Positions 13,045 through 24,330 of a DNA stretch of 64,000 bases are shown here, piece by piece. The notes under the pieces are model-generated. The model had not been told where the DNA came from, searched no databases, and worked only from the letters and a program-made list of their open reading frames with translations. The translations under genes and the position numbers were made by a program. The number at the start of each line of letters is the position of its first letter. The stretch's first letter is position 1. This DNA is from Camelus ferus (lineage: Eukaryota), in NCBI RefSeq assembly GCF_009834535.1, contig NC_045696.1, forward strand, positions 117,740,001 through 117,804,000, in the 5' to 3' direction.

Positions 13045-14275
13045 TTCTTTTTTTTTTTTTAAATAGCTTTTTTCGAAGTATAATTTACATGCCATAAAAT
13101 TCACCAGTTGTAAATGTAAAAACCAACTTGCTGATTTTCAGTAAATTTATAGAATTTTGCAACCATCATGACATTCTAAGTTTTCAGTATTTTGCCACTC
13201 CAAGAATTTTCCTCTTGCCTATTTCCAATTAATTCCTGCTCCCACTCCCAGCCCCAGGCAACCACTGGTCTGCTTTCTTGTCTGTATCAAGGGATCTGTT
13301 CTAAACATTTCATGTAGATGGAATCGTACAAAATGTAGTCTTTTAAGTCTGACTTCTTTCACTTAGCATGTTTTCTGAGGTCATTCCGTGTTGTAGCAAG
13401 TATCAGTACTTCAGTTCTTTTTATTGCTAAATAACATTCCACTGTTTAGCTATATCATGTTTGCTTATCCATTCATCAATTGACGGACATTTAGGCTGTT
13501 TCCAATTTTGGCTTATTATGAATAAAGCATTTGCAAACATGTCTTTGTGTGGACATATGTTTTCATTTCTCTTGCTTCAATTCCTAGGAGTGGACTTGCT
13601 ATGAGGAATGGAAAGATTGTTTGGTTTTTTTTAGGAAACTACCAAACTGTTTTTAGAATAGCTGTACCATTTTACATTTCCACCAGCAACGCATGAGAGT
13701 TCCAGTTTCTCCACGCATATCCTTCTCGACATCTGGTAATGTATGTCTTTTTAATTCAGGCCACTCTACTGGGTTGATAGTTATATATCATTGTGACATT
13801 CGTTTGCATTTCTCTAATGAATAATGATGTTAAGTATATATTTATATGCTTGCTAGCCATTCATGTGTCTTTTTTGGTGAAATGGCTATCACATCTTTTG
13901 CCAGCTTTACATGGTTGAGTTGTCTGTCTTCTTCTTAAATTCTTATGATTCTTTATACACTCTAAAGTCCTTTCTTAGATATATGATTTGCAAATATTTT
14001 CTCCCTGTCTGTAGCTTGTCTTTTCATTGTCTTAGTGGTCTCTTTTGAAGCACAGAAGTTTTCAAGTTTGATCAAGTCCAACTTGCCAGTTTTTTCTTTT
14101 ACTGATCATGCTTTCAACTGGTAGCTAGGAACTGTTTGCCCAACCCAAGATCACAAAGATTTTCCGCTGTATTTTCTTCTAGAAGTTTTATTGTTTTACT
14201 CTTGTACTTAGGTCTACAATCCATTTTTGTAGGGTAAGGATTTAAATTCATTTTTTTTTTGCATGCGAATATATT
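13045..14275 (-). mobile_element. L1 (L1MB-like) 3' part, antisense
   Basis: T tail at ~13048-13060; minus ORF 14114-14314 'KTIKLLEENTAENLCDLGLGKQFL' is L1 ORF2-like. Confidence 0.9.
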
Positions 14276-15754
14276 CTTTCCTTTACAACACCTATGTAAG
14301 GGATATAGAAGCAAAGCTGTGTCTAGTGGTGTTACACAGAGTCTAATATCCTTTTAATGTATTCCCAAGGTCAAGCATAAAAGAATCCCCTAAATTTGAG
14401 TCCTGGAAGGTGAGCATGCTTTTGTGGGGGAAGTGGTTTCTTTGTGTGACTTTGATGTAAGTGCAGAGGAGGAGAGGACAGAGCCTAGGATGGGCTGCAA
14501 ACGTCTTTTTCCAGGTCAGCCAATCAGCACGTGTTTGATGCAACAGCAAGTAGAATTGGCCATCTGGACTCAGCTTAAAAATGAAGAGTGCCTATTTAAA
14601 TCTCCTGTCTATGTGCACTGGGTATCACCTAGTGTATCTGCTTAGCCAACAAATAAAGATCAATGATAAATTCCATTTCTCCTCACATGTCTGTGTTCCT
14701 TTAATTACAGGGGTGGTCTGAGCACTGGTAGGGGAATGGGAGGACAAGGTGATAAGTTAGGATCAACCACACATAAGAGGCAAAATCACTTGATGTATCA
14801 GAGAGATTATAATTGTATGTTAGATCTAGTGGAAGATGGACAATTTCAAGGACACAGGGATCTTCCAAAATACCCCTCAGCCATCAGCCCCTTTAAATAA
14901 AACTTGTGCTGGCCATTAGATCCTCAGCCTCTCCAAACTGAAGTTTCCCTGTTCTTCCCAATTATCCCAGGAACATCCATACACAACCACCACCGGGCTA
15001 ATAAATAACACCGTGATGAAAGGGAAACAAATAGTGGTGGTGATGAGAATGAGAGAGGAAAGGTAATGTGCTCAGAGGGTGGTGCCCCACAGACTGGGCA
15101 GGAAGGGAAGCATTTGCTCCTCCAGACCCAAAGGGAGCACAGTGGGAGTCTCCCTTCTCCAAGAGCAGAGCCGAGTCAGCACAGGACTAACAGCCTACCT
15201 ACTGTTTTAGAGTCAACGCTGACGACAAAACAATTCATGAACGTCCAGTCCTTCAAAGAGAATGTCACGGCCAACGGAAGATGTCTTCTGTATTATCCTC
15301 ATAGTTTCCAGGGCCACCCCTTCCCTCTTTTCAGAGGAAACTGACTGTTTGTTGTGACCCTTTCCAGAACTTTTCACTGCATTGACATGCATGCACAAAT
15401 TCCACAGAGTGTGTGTTTGGAGTTTTCTCACATAGATGGTGTTAGACCATATGACTCCTTCTGAACCTTGCTTTCTTCATTCATTAATATTTATAATATG
15501 TATATTTACATGTATATTATAACATTTCTTAGAGATCTTTCCACATCAGGACACAGAGACCACCCCATTCTAGTGGTCTAGATGTGGTAACTTGAAATGC
15601 TTAAGAGTGTATCCTGTATGTAGCTGGACTCCATCGACCCAAACATCATCTCTGTCCCCATGGACAACTTTGAAAGTTACCCTTTCTGTGCTTCAATTTC
15701 TGCACCTCTAAAATGAGGATAAGGATAATATCTATGTCATATTAAAAAGTTAAT

Positions 15755-16048
15755 TTATGGAACAGAAACAGACTCACAGACATAGAAAACAAATATGATT
15801 ACCAGGGGAGAAGGGGGTGGAAAGGGCTAAATTAGGAGTTGGAGATTTCCACACAGTAACTACTATATATAAAATAGATAAACAACTTGTTTCTTCCATA
15901 TAGCATAGGGAACTATATTCAATATCTTGTAGTTACCTCTAATGAAAAAGAATATGATAATGAATACATGTATGTATATGTATGACTGAAACATTATGCT
16001 GTACACCGGAAACTGACACATTGTAACTGACTATTCTCCAATTAAAAA
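15755..16048 (+). mobile_element. Short L1 3' UTR insertion inside a MIR
   Basis: TSD aaaaagttaat at 15744-15754 and 16049-16059 with a TT/AAAA endonuclease site; MIR sequence continues on both sides. Confidence 0.9.
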
Positions 16049-16149
16049 AAAAAGTTAATATGCAAAAAGCACTAAAACAGAACCTGGTACATTGTAAGTA
16101 GCCAAGAAATGGTATCTGTTGTTAATTATGTTAATGGCTAAGTGGTATG

Positions 16150-16665
16150 TCTATGCGATGGTGTAGTTTCTAACTGATACACATTTAGATTGTCAAAAAT
16201 TTTTACTATTATTAATAATGAATATGTCAATGAATGCCCTAAACATGCTTCCTTACGTATGTCTGTGTTTCTATAGTGTAGGTATAAAAAGTGGAATTCC
16301 ACAGATGAAGCGATTATCCGTGTTAGATGCAGCAGGAACTCCAAATTGACCTTCAGTTTACATTCCTGTCCATGAACGAGTACCCATTTCTTCACACATT
16401 TGCCATCAATTAATGTTTTAAATGTTCATTTCTCTAAAGAACGAGAAATAATCTTGCTTTAATGTTTTTATGTGAACTTTTCAAATGACTAGTGGGAACA
16501 AAAATATTTTCATGTTTAGCAGTCATCAGGGTTTCTTCTCAGTGAATTGCCTCCTCATAATCTTTTAGCCATTTTTCTATTGAGTGGTTTGATTTGTAGT
16601 ATTTCTCTGTATCTTCTGCATGTAGATACCACCCTTGTTATATGCTGCAAATATTTCCCTCTGCC
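16150..16665 (-). mobile_element. Old L1 (L1ME/MC-like) antisense fragment
   Basis: 'ttttagccatttttctattgag...tgctgcaaatatttccc' is a typical degenerate antisense L1 ORF2 end. Confidence 0.65.
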
Positions 16666-17370
16666 AGGTCTAGGTATCAATTGATTAAAGTACTCCAAGG
16701 AAACCTAACGCATCGTCAACTAGTCCTGTAATTGGTGGGCTGTCAGGGGAATTAAGCCACAGAGAGACCACCACAGCCAAGCTCAGACTATGGCTCTAAT
16801 AAAAGTTGAAGGATGACACAGAGGAGTCAGAGGCTGGGGACACAGCTCAGAAAAATAACCTGAGAGCTCACCCTTGACCTAGGGATTGTGACATTTAATC
16901 TTTATCGCAGCCATTTGAAATAAGTGGTGTGAGTATCCCCATTATACAGCTGAGGAAACTGAGACACAGAGAAGTTAACTCGTTGCACACACACAACTGA
17001 TGAGGTGGGAGGCTTAATCTTGCTGGTCACCTTCAATGGTAAATAGATAATAACAGTTCTACAAGGGAGCCACATAGACACATAGTCTATACCTAGACTG
17101 TGTGCACATATACGTGGATTAGATACATAGTCTATGTACACAGACTCAAGACATATAGGCACAGTGCTCCGAAAATGTCTTTTGTCACTGGCACCACCCA
17201 GCAATGCAAGGGGAGAGGGATGGAGGGCAGAAGGAACGGGATGATGAGTGTTTGCTCTGGAGACAGCCAGATGCAAAGGCTAAATCCAACTGAAAATGTC
17301 AGACTCATTCTCTAGATCACATTCACCAAGGCAAAACTGCCCGTGTAAAAGCAGGCGACAGAGTTGCGTG

Positions 17371-17554
17371 CGGGGTCCTCCAATTCGCTCTTGCATCAGA
17401 AACCTCCAGAGGGCTTGTTAAATAGAGATCACTGGACTCTCCCTCCAGAGTTCCAGATTCTGTAGGTCTTGAGTAGGGCCTGAGGATTTACCTTTCTTAT
17501 AAATTCTCAGGTGATGCTGATGCTGCTTCCAGGGCCAGACTTTGAGAATCACTG
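17371..17554. mobile_element. MER5A-like hAT MITE
   Basis: 'gcatcagaaacctccagagggcttgttaaa...caggtgatgctgatgctgct...actttgagaatcactg'. Confidence 0.85.
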
Positions 17555-17914
17555 GACTAGTGATAAAGAACACAGTCCCTCAGTCTAAGGGACAGAAATT
17601 CAAGTCCCTGCGCATCACTGATGGGCCGTGTGATCTTGGGGAGGATTTTAATCTCCTCTGTTCTTGTTTCCTTCCATATAAAATGGGCTAGAGATTGTCC
17701 CTTGTCTCCTTCAGCTACTATATGGCATGAAATAGGGAAGGCGTGTTTTAAAAATCAGCACAGAACCTGGTACTTATTAAGCTTCCCACAAATACCAGCT
17801 GCCGCTACCATCAGCAGCCCCACCACCCCCACCACACTTTTGTTCCTCATACACACAGCTTATTCTTTCGCCTTTTCTCTTACTTCTAACCTGCCTAACC
17901 TTCTTCGTGTTTCT

Positions 17915-18872
17915 TTTTCTTTTATGTAAATAAAGTTTATTCTAGGAAGAGCAACTCATTGAGAGATAAAACTGTTCTAAAATTTATGTATATGTACTGT
18001 TCGTTGTTTCTAAGAATAGTTTAGAGCTTCAGCTTTTTAAACTTACATATTATCAAGGGAATAAAGCCAACCACAAAATAAGAATCAACAGAATGCAGTA
18101 AACCAATCATAAAGAACAGTCAGATGTGCTTATACATGTTCAAGAAATCAGTCATCTAAGTTATAAGTAATAAGAGTTCATTGGTGTCCTTTTTTATTTT
18201 ATTTTTTAGATTCCACATATGAGTGATATCATATGACATTTTTCGTTCTCTTTCTGGCTTACTTCACTTAGAATGAGAATCTCCAGGTCCACCCATGTTG
18301 CTGCAAATGGCATTATTTTATTCTTTTTTTTTATAGTTGAGTAGTATTCCATTGTAACAGTATACCACATCTTCTTTATCCAGTCATCTGTCGATGGACA
18401 TTTAAGTTGTTTTCATGTCTTGGCTATAAATAGTGCTGCTATGAACACTGAGGTGCATATGTCGTTTTAAATTATATTTTTCTCTGGGTATACGCCCAGA
18501 AGTGGGATTGCTGGATCAGATGGTAAGGCTATTTTTAGTTTTTTAAGCACATGAAAAGATGCTCAACATCACTAATTGTTAAAGAAACGCAAATCAAAAC
18601 TACAATGAGGTACTACCTTACACAAGTCAGAATGGCCATCATTAAAATGTCTACAAATGATAAATCCTGGAGACGGTGTGGTGAAAAGGGGACCCTCCTA
18701 CACTGTTGGTGGGGAATGCACTTTGGGGCAGCCACTATGGAGGACAGTATGGAGATTCCTTAAAAAACTAAAAATAGACTTATCATATGATCCAGCAATC
18801 CCACTCCTGGGCATATATCCTGGAGAAAAATATAATTCAAAAAGACACATGCACCTCAATGTTCACAGCAGC
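17915..18872 (-). mobile_element. Composite L1-mediated insertion: A tail, non-L1 segment, L1 3' fragment and inverted L1 fragment
   Basis: Perfect TSD tcttcgtgtttct at 17902-17914 and 18873-18885; TTTATT at 17936-17941; antisense L1 ~18174-18547; sense L1 ~18545-18872 encoding '[21 protein letters not shown]...[12 protein letters not shown]' (ORF2 Cys-rich region). Confidence 0.85.
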
Positions 18873-19304
18873 TCTTCGTGTTTCTGTGTGAAAAACAGAT
18901 CTTCATAATATGTCCTATGTCACAGGTTTGCTGTAAGGGTTAAGTGAATTACTCGATATAAAGAATTTAGCGTCTTGCCTTGTACAGAGTCAGAGGTTAT
19001 TATTATATTTCTTCTTGATGTTATCAAATGTGCATTGTTTTAAGCTTCATATGTACATGATCTCATTTAATCCTCATACGAGGTAGAAAATGTTAGGATA
19101 ATTTTATAAATGACAAAGCTTAAACATTAGAGGTCAAGTCATCTGCTCAAGGTCCCTCAATGACTGAGTGGAGATTTAAATGCCTGTCTGTTTGACCAGT
19201 AGACATTGCTCTTTTAGGTTACTCTGCACTCCTGCCCAACTTCACAACTCACTGTGGAATGGACTGAGGCCTCCTGAATTGGGAGTGCTAAGAGAAAGCA
19301 AAGT

Positions 19305-19721
19305 TGTTTTTTTTTTTTTTTAATTTTGTTTTTTATTGAAGTGTAGTTGATTTACAATATTAGTTTCAAGTGTACAGCAAAGCAATTCAGTTATACATAT
19401 ATTTTTTTCAGATTCTTTTCCATTCTATGTTCTTATAAGAAATTGAATATAGTTTCCTGTGCTATATAGGACGTCCTTGTTGTTTATCTATTTTATATAT
19501 AGTAGTGTGTGTCTGTTCATCCAGAACTCCTAGTTTATCCCTTCCCCTGCTTTCCCCTTTGGTAACGTATGTTTGTTTTCTATGTCTGGGAGCCTATTTC
19601 TGTTTTGCAAATAAGTTCATTTGCATCATTTTTTAGATTCTACATAGAAGTGATATCATATAATATTTTTCTTTCTCTGTCTGACTTAGTTCATTTCATA
19701 GGATAATCTCTCGGTCCATCC
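19305..19721 (-). mobile_element. L1 3' UTR fragment, antisense
   Basis: T tail then 'ttgaagtgtagttgatttacaat...tccctgtgcta-like...ttagattctacatagaagtgatatc'. Confidence 0.9.
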
Positions 19722-19878
19722 CAAAAGTTTTGCTTTAGGAATGTAGGTTTAGAAAAAGTTGCACTGAGGGTCCATGAAGTGGATCAAAGCTCCCTTCGCT
19801 TTTTAGACAATCAAAGAGACTTCCAGCTTGTAAAAATTCACTCGGAAAGAAAACAGAACAGCCACGAGCTAGACTCAC

Positions 19879-19984
19879 CTATATTTTCTGCATCAGCAGC
19901 TGAAAAGCATCCATCTTCCTCCTGGTCCTACACCTTGCTGGCTTGCTGAGTCACTGCGTATACACACAGCCAGACATGGGGCTA
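19879..19984 (-). other. Candidate 106-nt non-coding exon
   Basis: Minus strand: acceptor ttttaactgttatttcag| and donor TAG|gtgagt (19873-19878); stops in all three frames. Confidence 0.3.
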
Positions 19985-20559
19985 CTGAAATAACAGTTAA
20001 AATAATTTGAAACTGGCACGTGCAATCTCACAATGTTAGACTCAGACTTCTTCCCTGAAGGAAGAGGTTTATAAGGATAATCTAGGCGCCAGCTTCAAAT
20101 CCACCCGAGTTACCTACAAGACGAAAATTATTTTTCTCTCTCTAATTACTGAGGTAGCCCCCAAAGATGTTTATTATGTGAAACTGGTACCAACTATCAG
20201 GGGGCATTCACAGGTAGCTTTCAAGGTTATGGAGGAGGGAACCACAGGCTTGACCTGGGAGTGGAATGCCTTCCAACCGATGCACGTGGTTAATGTTTGT
20301 AGGAAGGAGAAGCCTCCAGCAGTAGAAGATCAAATTTCTATTTACCTGGAGGCAAAAAATAATCACAAACAGGTGCTCTTGAATGTTCAACCACGCCGTC
20401 TGACTTCTCAACCAGATACCTCCTCCACTACCCCAGGTTTCAGGGAGGGGGAAGGCAATCTGAATTCACTTTCCTGTTATCTCTGGCTCCTTTTAAACAC
20501 GTGAAATAAAATCTTTTAGGATAACAGGACATGTGTACAGAATGTGGTTGGAGCCAGAA

Positions 20560-20990
20560 GCGATCCCCTAGCTCTGGACTGTGACCAGCGTGCCTGGGAG
20601 GATTCATTTTAAGCTATTCTTATCTGAATTTGTCTGGCTGCGCCAGCATGGGAGCTAATTCTCTGACAATAAGCCTGCTGGGGTGTGTGTGGGTCTCTGT
20701 TTGTTTGTTTTGATGTGTACAAAGCCTGCAAAGTGGAGAGCGGCATCACGTTCAGCTCTAAATGAGAGGCGCAGGCTGGCGCGGCGGGGGAGGTGACAAA
20801 ATTCGGGGATCTGGGTAGGGAACATAGGCACTTCAGGGAAAACGGAGGTAGGCACGTCCCCTCCCTGCGGGGAGACCCAGAAGCTCGAGGTCTCCTGAGA
20901 TGAACAGGCTTACAGGAATGCAAAATACCAGCCTGTCAAGATTTCTGGGAGGAGACATCCAGAAGTCTCCGCAGGGCAAGGGAGTGAGTG
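20560..20990. promoter_or_regulatory. Repeat-free, locally CpG-enriched segment (promoter/enhancer-like)
   Basis: ggcgcaggctggcgcggcggggg near 20768-20790 and several further CpGs in an otherwise CpG-depleted background; tgtttgtttgtt forkhead-like run near 20698. Confidence 0.4.
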
Positions 20991-21094
20991 GAAACACCCA
21001 GCTCCGAGCTGAAGTCAGTGGTTAACAGTGATGAAAACTCTGGTTTAAGTTGTTTAATGTCCTCAGTCCCATCTCTCCCATCTCTGCCTCACTT

Positions 21095-21601
21095 TGTTAC
21101 CAAGTCCAGACTCATTCTGCTCATCAAACTACAGGCTAATAAATTGGGAGAAGAGGTGTTGGGGTAAGGAATAATGACAGATAGAGCAGGTGGTGGTCTA
21201 GTGTCCCAAAGAACCATCTTCTTTGACTTAGAATTCAGGCTTTTTTATACTAAAAAGGTGTGGTTGCTTGTTGCAAAATTCTTGGTGTCAGAATCCTTTG
21301 TCCTTGCAGTGGTCCACACGTAAGTCAGGTCATGATGTGACTTCTAAACTTCCAACCATGGTCCTCTAATCCTCTAACCAGACAAATGTTACTCTCTGTT
21401 CTGCAACTTTTTCTCTCTATATGGATGGAAAGGTGACTCTTAAACATCAGAGCCTTGAAAATGGGCTCATCTGTATATTTCAGGCAACATTCTTTTACAA
21501 AAGATGCAGAACCAGCTCGACTCAGCCCAGGAAACAGAGCACAGGGATAGAGCCAAAGGAACAGATCTAATATGGAGTCAGATTTGTTCGTCTCTATCAC
21601 A
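21095..21601 (-). mobile_element. ERV1-class solo LTR
   Basis: TG...CA termini flanked by a 4-bp TSD actt (21091-21094, 21602-21605); 'atggagtcagattt' near the right end is typical of the antisense 5' end of MER41/MER4-group LTRs. Confidence 0.8.
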
Positions 21602-21609
21602 ACTTCACC

Positions 21610-22800
21610 TCCAACACAAACTTTAGATATCATCTCTCACAACTGTTTCACTGTCAACGCTTCCCTCCCTATCATTCTCCTCAGCTCCTGACATCAGAGG
21701 CCCACCAAGCACACATCTTCTTCTTGCCACCTTTTTTCTTCCCACTCCATGACCATGGTTCTGAGACGATTTCTTTCTCAACCAGCCAAGACCTTCTAGC
21801 TCCTTTGAGATTTCCCAAACCCTCTTCTTGGAAATCCTGTGGTCTGTCAAATCTTACAAGGTCATGATGCTGACATTGAGCTGAGGGGGTCGGCCACACA
21901 GTCATGGTTTTGGACCCCAGGTGGCCTTTAGTCTATACCAACATCCTTTGTGCCATTCTCTAGTTGACTCCCTCGAATTCCGGACAGCACTTTCTTCCAA
22001 AGTTTCTGTCTCTCTCCAACACTCCTGCTCCAGCCCCTGGTTCTTCCTTAGAGAGAGACAACCTGACTGCGTGGTTTGCCCAGAAGACTGAGGGCATACA
22101 ATGTAAGAAGGCTCAGTTTCTCTCCTCTTCACCTCAAAATCACCCACCCTCAGCTTCCCTTTGCCCTTTTTTCAGAGGAAGATATATTTCCCTTTTCAGC
22201 CAAGACTCACTCATCCTTGTGCTATGACTGGATCCTACCCCTTACAGCTTCACGTATTATTTATCTCATCCCCCATCTCGCCCTGTATTAGGTCAGACCC
22301 TGTCTTGCCAATTCCGCTACATGCTCAGATCTTCTCTGCATTTAAAAAGTATGATCGTTTCTTGACCCAATAACCATCTTACGTTGCCAGTTTCCTCTGG
22401 CACTTCTTTAACAAGCAAGTTCATTGAAAGAGAAGACACAACATATATATACTCTCTCCCTCTTTCTTTCTTTTTTGCCTCTGGATTTTATGTCTCTACC
22501 AACAAAAACTATTTGCTCAAAGGTTACCTATGGCCAATGCTCCCTTGGTTTCTGTGAATCCTGCACCATCGTGTTTCTTCTGCCTCTTAAGCTGGTTTCT
22601 CTTCTGTCTAAAATTTTCGCTGTAGTTTTTTTCTGGGGTTCATCCTCAGTGCTGCTCCCTTCTATCTCTATGCTCTGTCAACGAGCTCATATCCTTTCCT
22701 GTTCCAAATGCCACCACCATGCAGAGAACTCCTTGGATAAGCTCTAACCTCTTTTCCAAGATTCACCTTATAAACCCAGCTTTCACCTGGATCTCAGATG
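21610..22800 (+). mobile_element. L2 fragments
   Basis: Pyrimidine-rich degenerate L2-like text (e.g. 'gggttcatcctcagtgctgct...ttccaaatgccaccaccatgcaga'); approximate. Confidence 0.5.
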
Positions 22801-23689
22801 AATGATGTTAGTAAGAACAATAGCTACAATTTAGTCACCTGCCATGCTCCAGGCACAGGCCTAGGCTGTTTATTTAAATGATCTTATTTCACTTCCTTTA
22901 CATCCCTACAAGTAGACATCGTATACTCTTTACAGAGGAACATATCAGGGCTCCAGAAGGTTAAATTACTTGCTCAAGGTTATATTAACGGCACAGGACT
23001 GGTACTTGAACCCTGACCCTGGAAAAAACATTCGGCTAAAGGTGAGAGGGTCAGGAATCTAGTTGTAGTTTTGACATTAACTGGGTCTGTGTCTTGAATG
23101 CTTTCAGTTAGCCTTGGTGGGCCATGTTCTCTGTTTATAAAATGTGGGTAAAAGATATAACTTTAGACTAGTGTTAGACTTTCAAGTTTTTATAACTCTA
23201 ACATTGTAACATATCTTTTGGCATCCCAAAGCCAACAAGATTAAAAAGAGTTACTAGATCATATGTGTTCAAAGCCATTGTACCCCATTTGGGCTAAATC
23301 AGTTCAGAATTAATGACAAGTGTCCCTCCGAGGGTTTCTTCCCTTGCTAGATGTAGGGTTGGCTGCCCCAAGGCTATTATTGTGATAGAAATAGAAGGAA
23401 AATCCAGTTGTCGTATTTTTACGGGATGATCACTTCACCAACTAATTGCAAACAGCAAGTTTGGAACATTTTAACAGAGGTGTTTGAAGGTGGTTCATTT
23501 AAATGACAACATGTCATTTAAAAAATACAGTGGTTTCAAAAAATTTTATCTTTAAGTCGATGTGTGAGATGTCCCAGAAGACAAAATGACCCTCAAAAAT
23601 ACATAAAACCATGCATGATAAATCACTTCAGAACAAACCAGGACCTATAAATCAAGTGTTTGTGGTATTCTATAACTTCTACTTTTTCT

Positions 23690-24330
23690 CTTTGCAAAAC
23701 AATGCAAACCATACTAACAGCATAGAAATTACAGATAAGGAAAAGAAATCGTATCATTCATAAGCCCATATCTGAGGGACATCTACTATTAACACTTTTG
23801 TGTGTAATTTTCCAGTCTTTCTTTTTCTATACATGCTTTAAAAAAGTGATATCTTACTCTAAATAATGTTTTAGTTGGATTTTTAATCTTAAAAATATAT
23901 CTTGAATATCTTTCTATGCCACATATATTTTTTCTTCATCCTTTTTCCTAAATGGATGCACAAAAATCTAGAGTCAGGATGTTCCATAATGTATTTAACC
24001 AAAAATTGCCTAACATCGGCTATTTAGGTTATTTCCAAATTTTTCTTCTTCTAAACAATGTTCACCCAACAGCCATCTAACTGAGCTTTTGCACAAATCT
24101 TTGAGTATTTGGGACAAATTCCTATGTATGAAATTGGAAGATCAAAGCACACACAAGTGTTAACAATCCTTGATATCATTACTATCAAACTGTTTCCCAA
24201 AAGGTCGCGTTCATGCGTGGTCCACCACCAGGACAGATTTCCTGCTTTCTTCCACTTTTGCTGGTGCTTCATCTTATTGTTTCAATTTTTGCAAAATTAT
24301 AAGTCATTTTAATTTGTATCAGATAAAATT
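23690..24330 (-). mobile_element. Old L1 (L1ME-like) 3' fragment
   Basis: 'tatttaggttatttccaaattttt...ggacaaattcctatgtatgaaattggaagatcaaag'. Confidence 0.6.

Noticed and set aside
18551..18908. ORFs with real protein-like sequence (also 7082-7264, 14114-14314, 34407-34649)
   Set aside because: Frameshifted L1 ORF2 C-terminal fragments, not host genes
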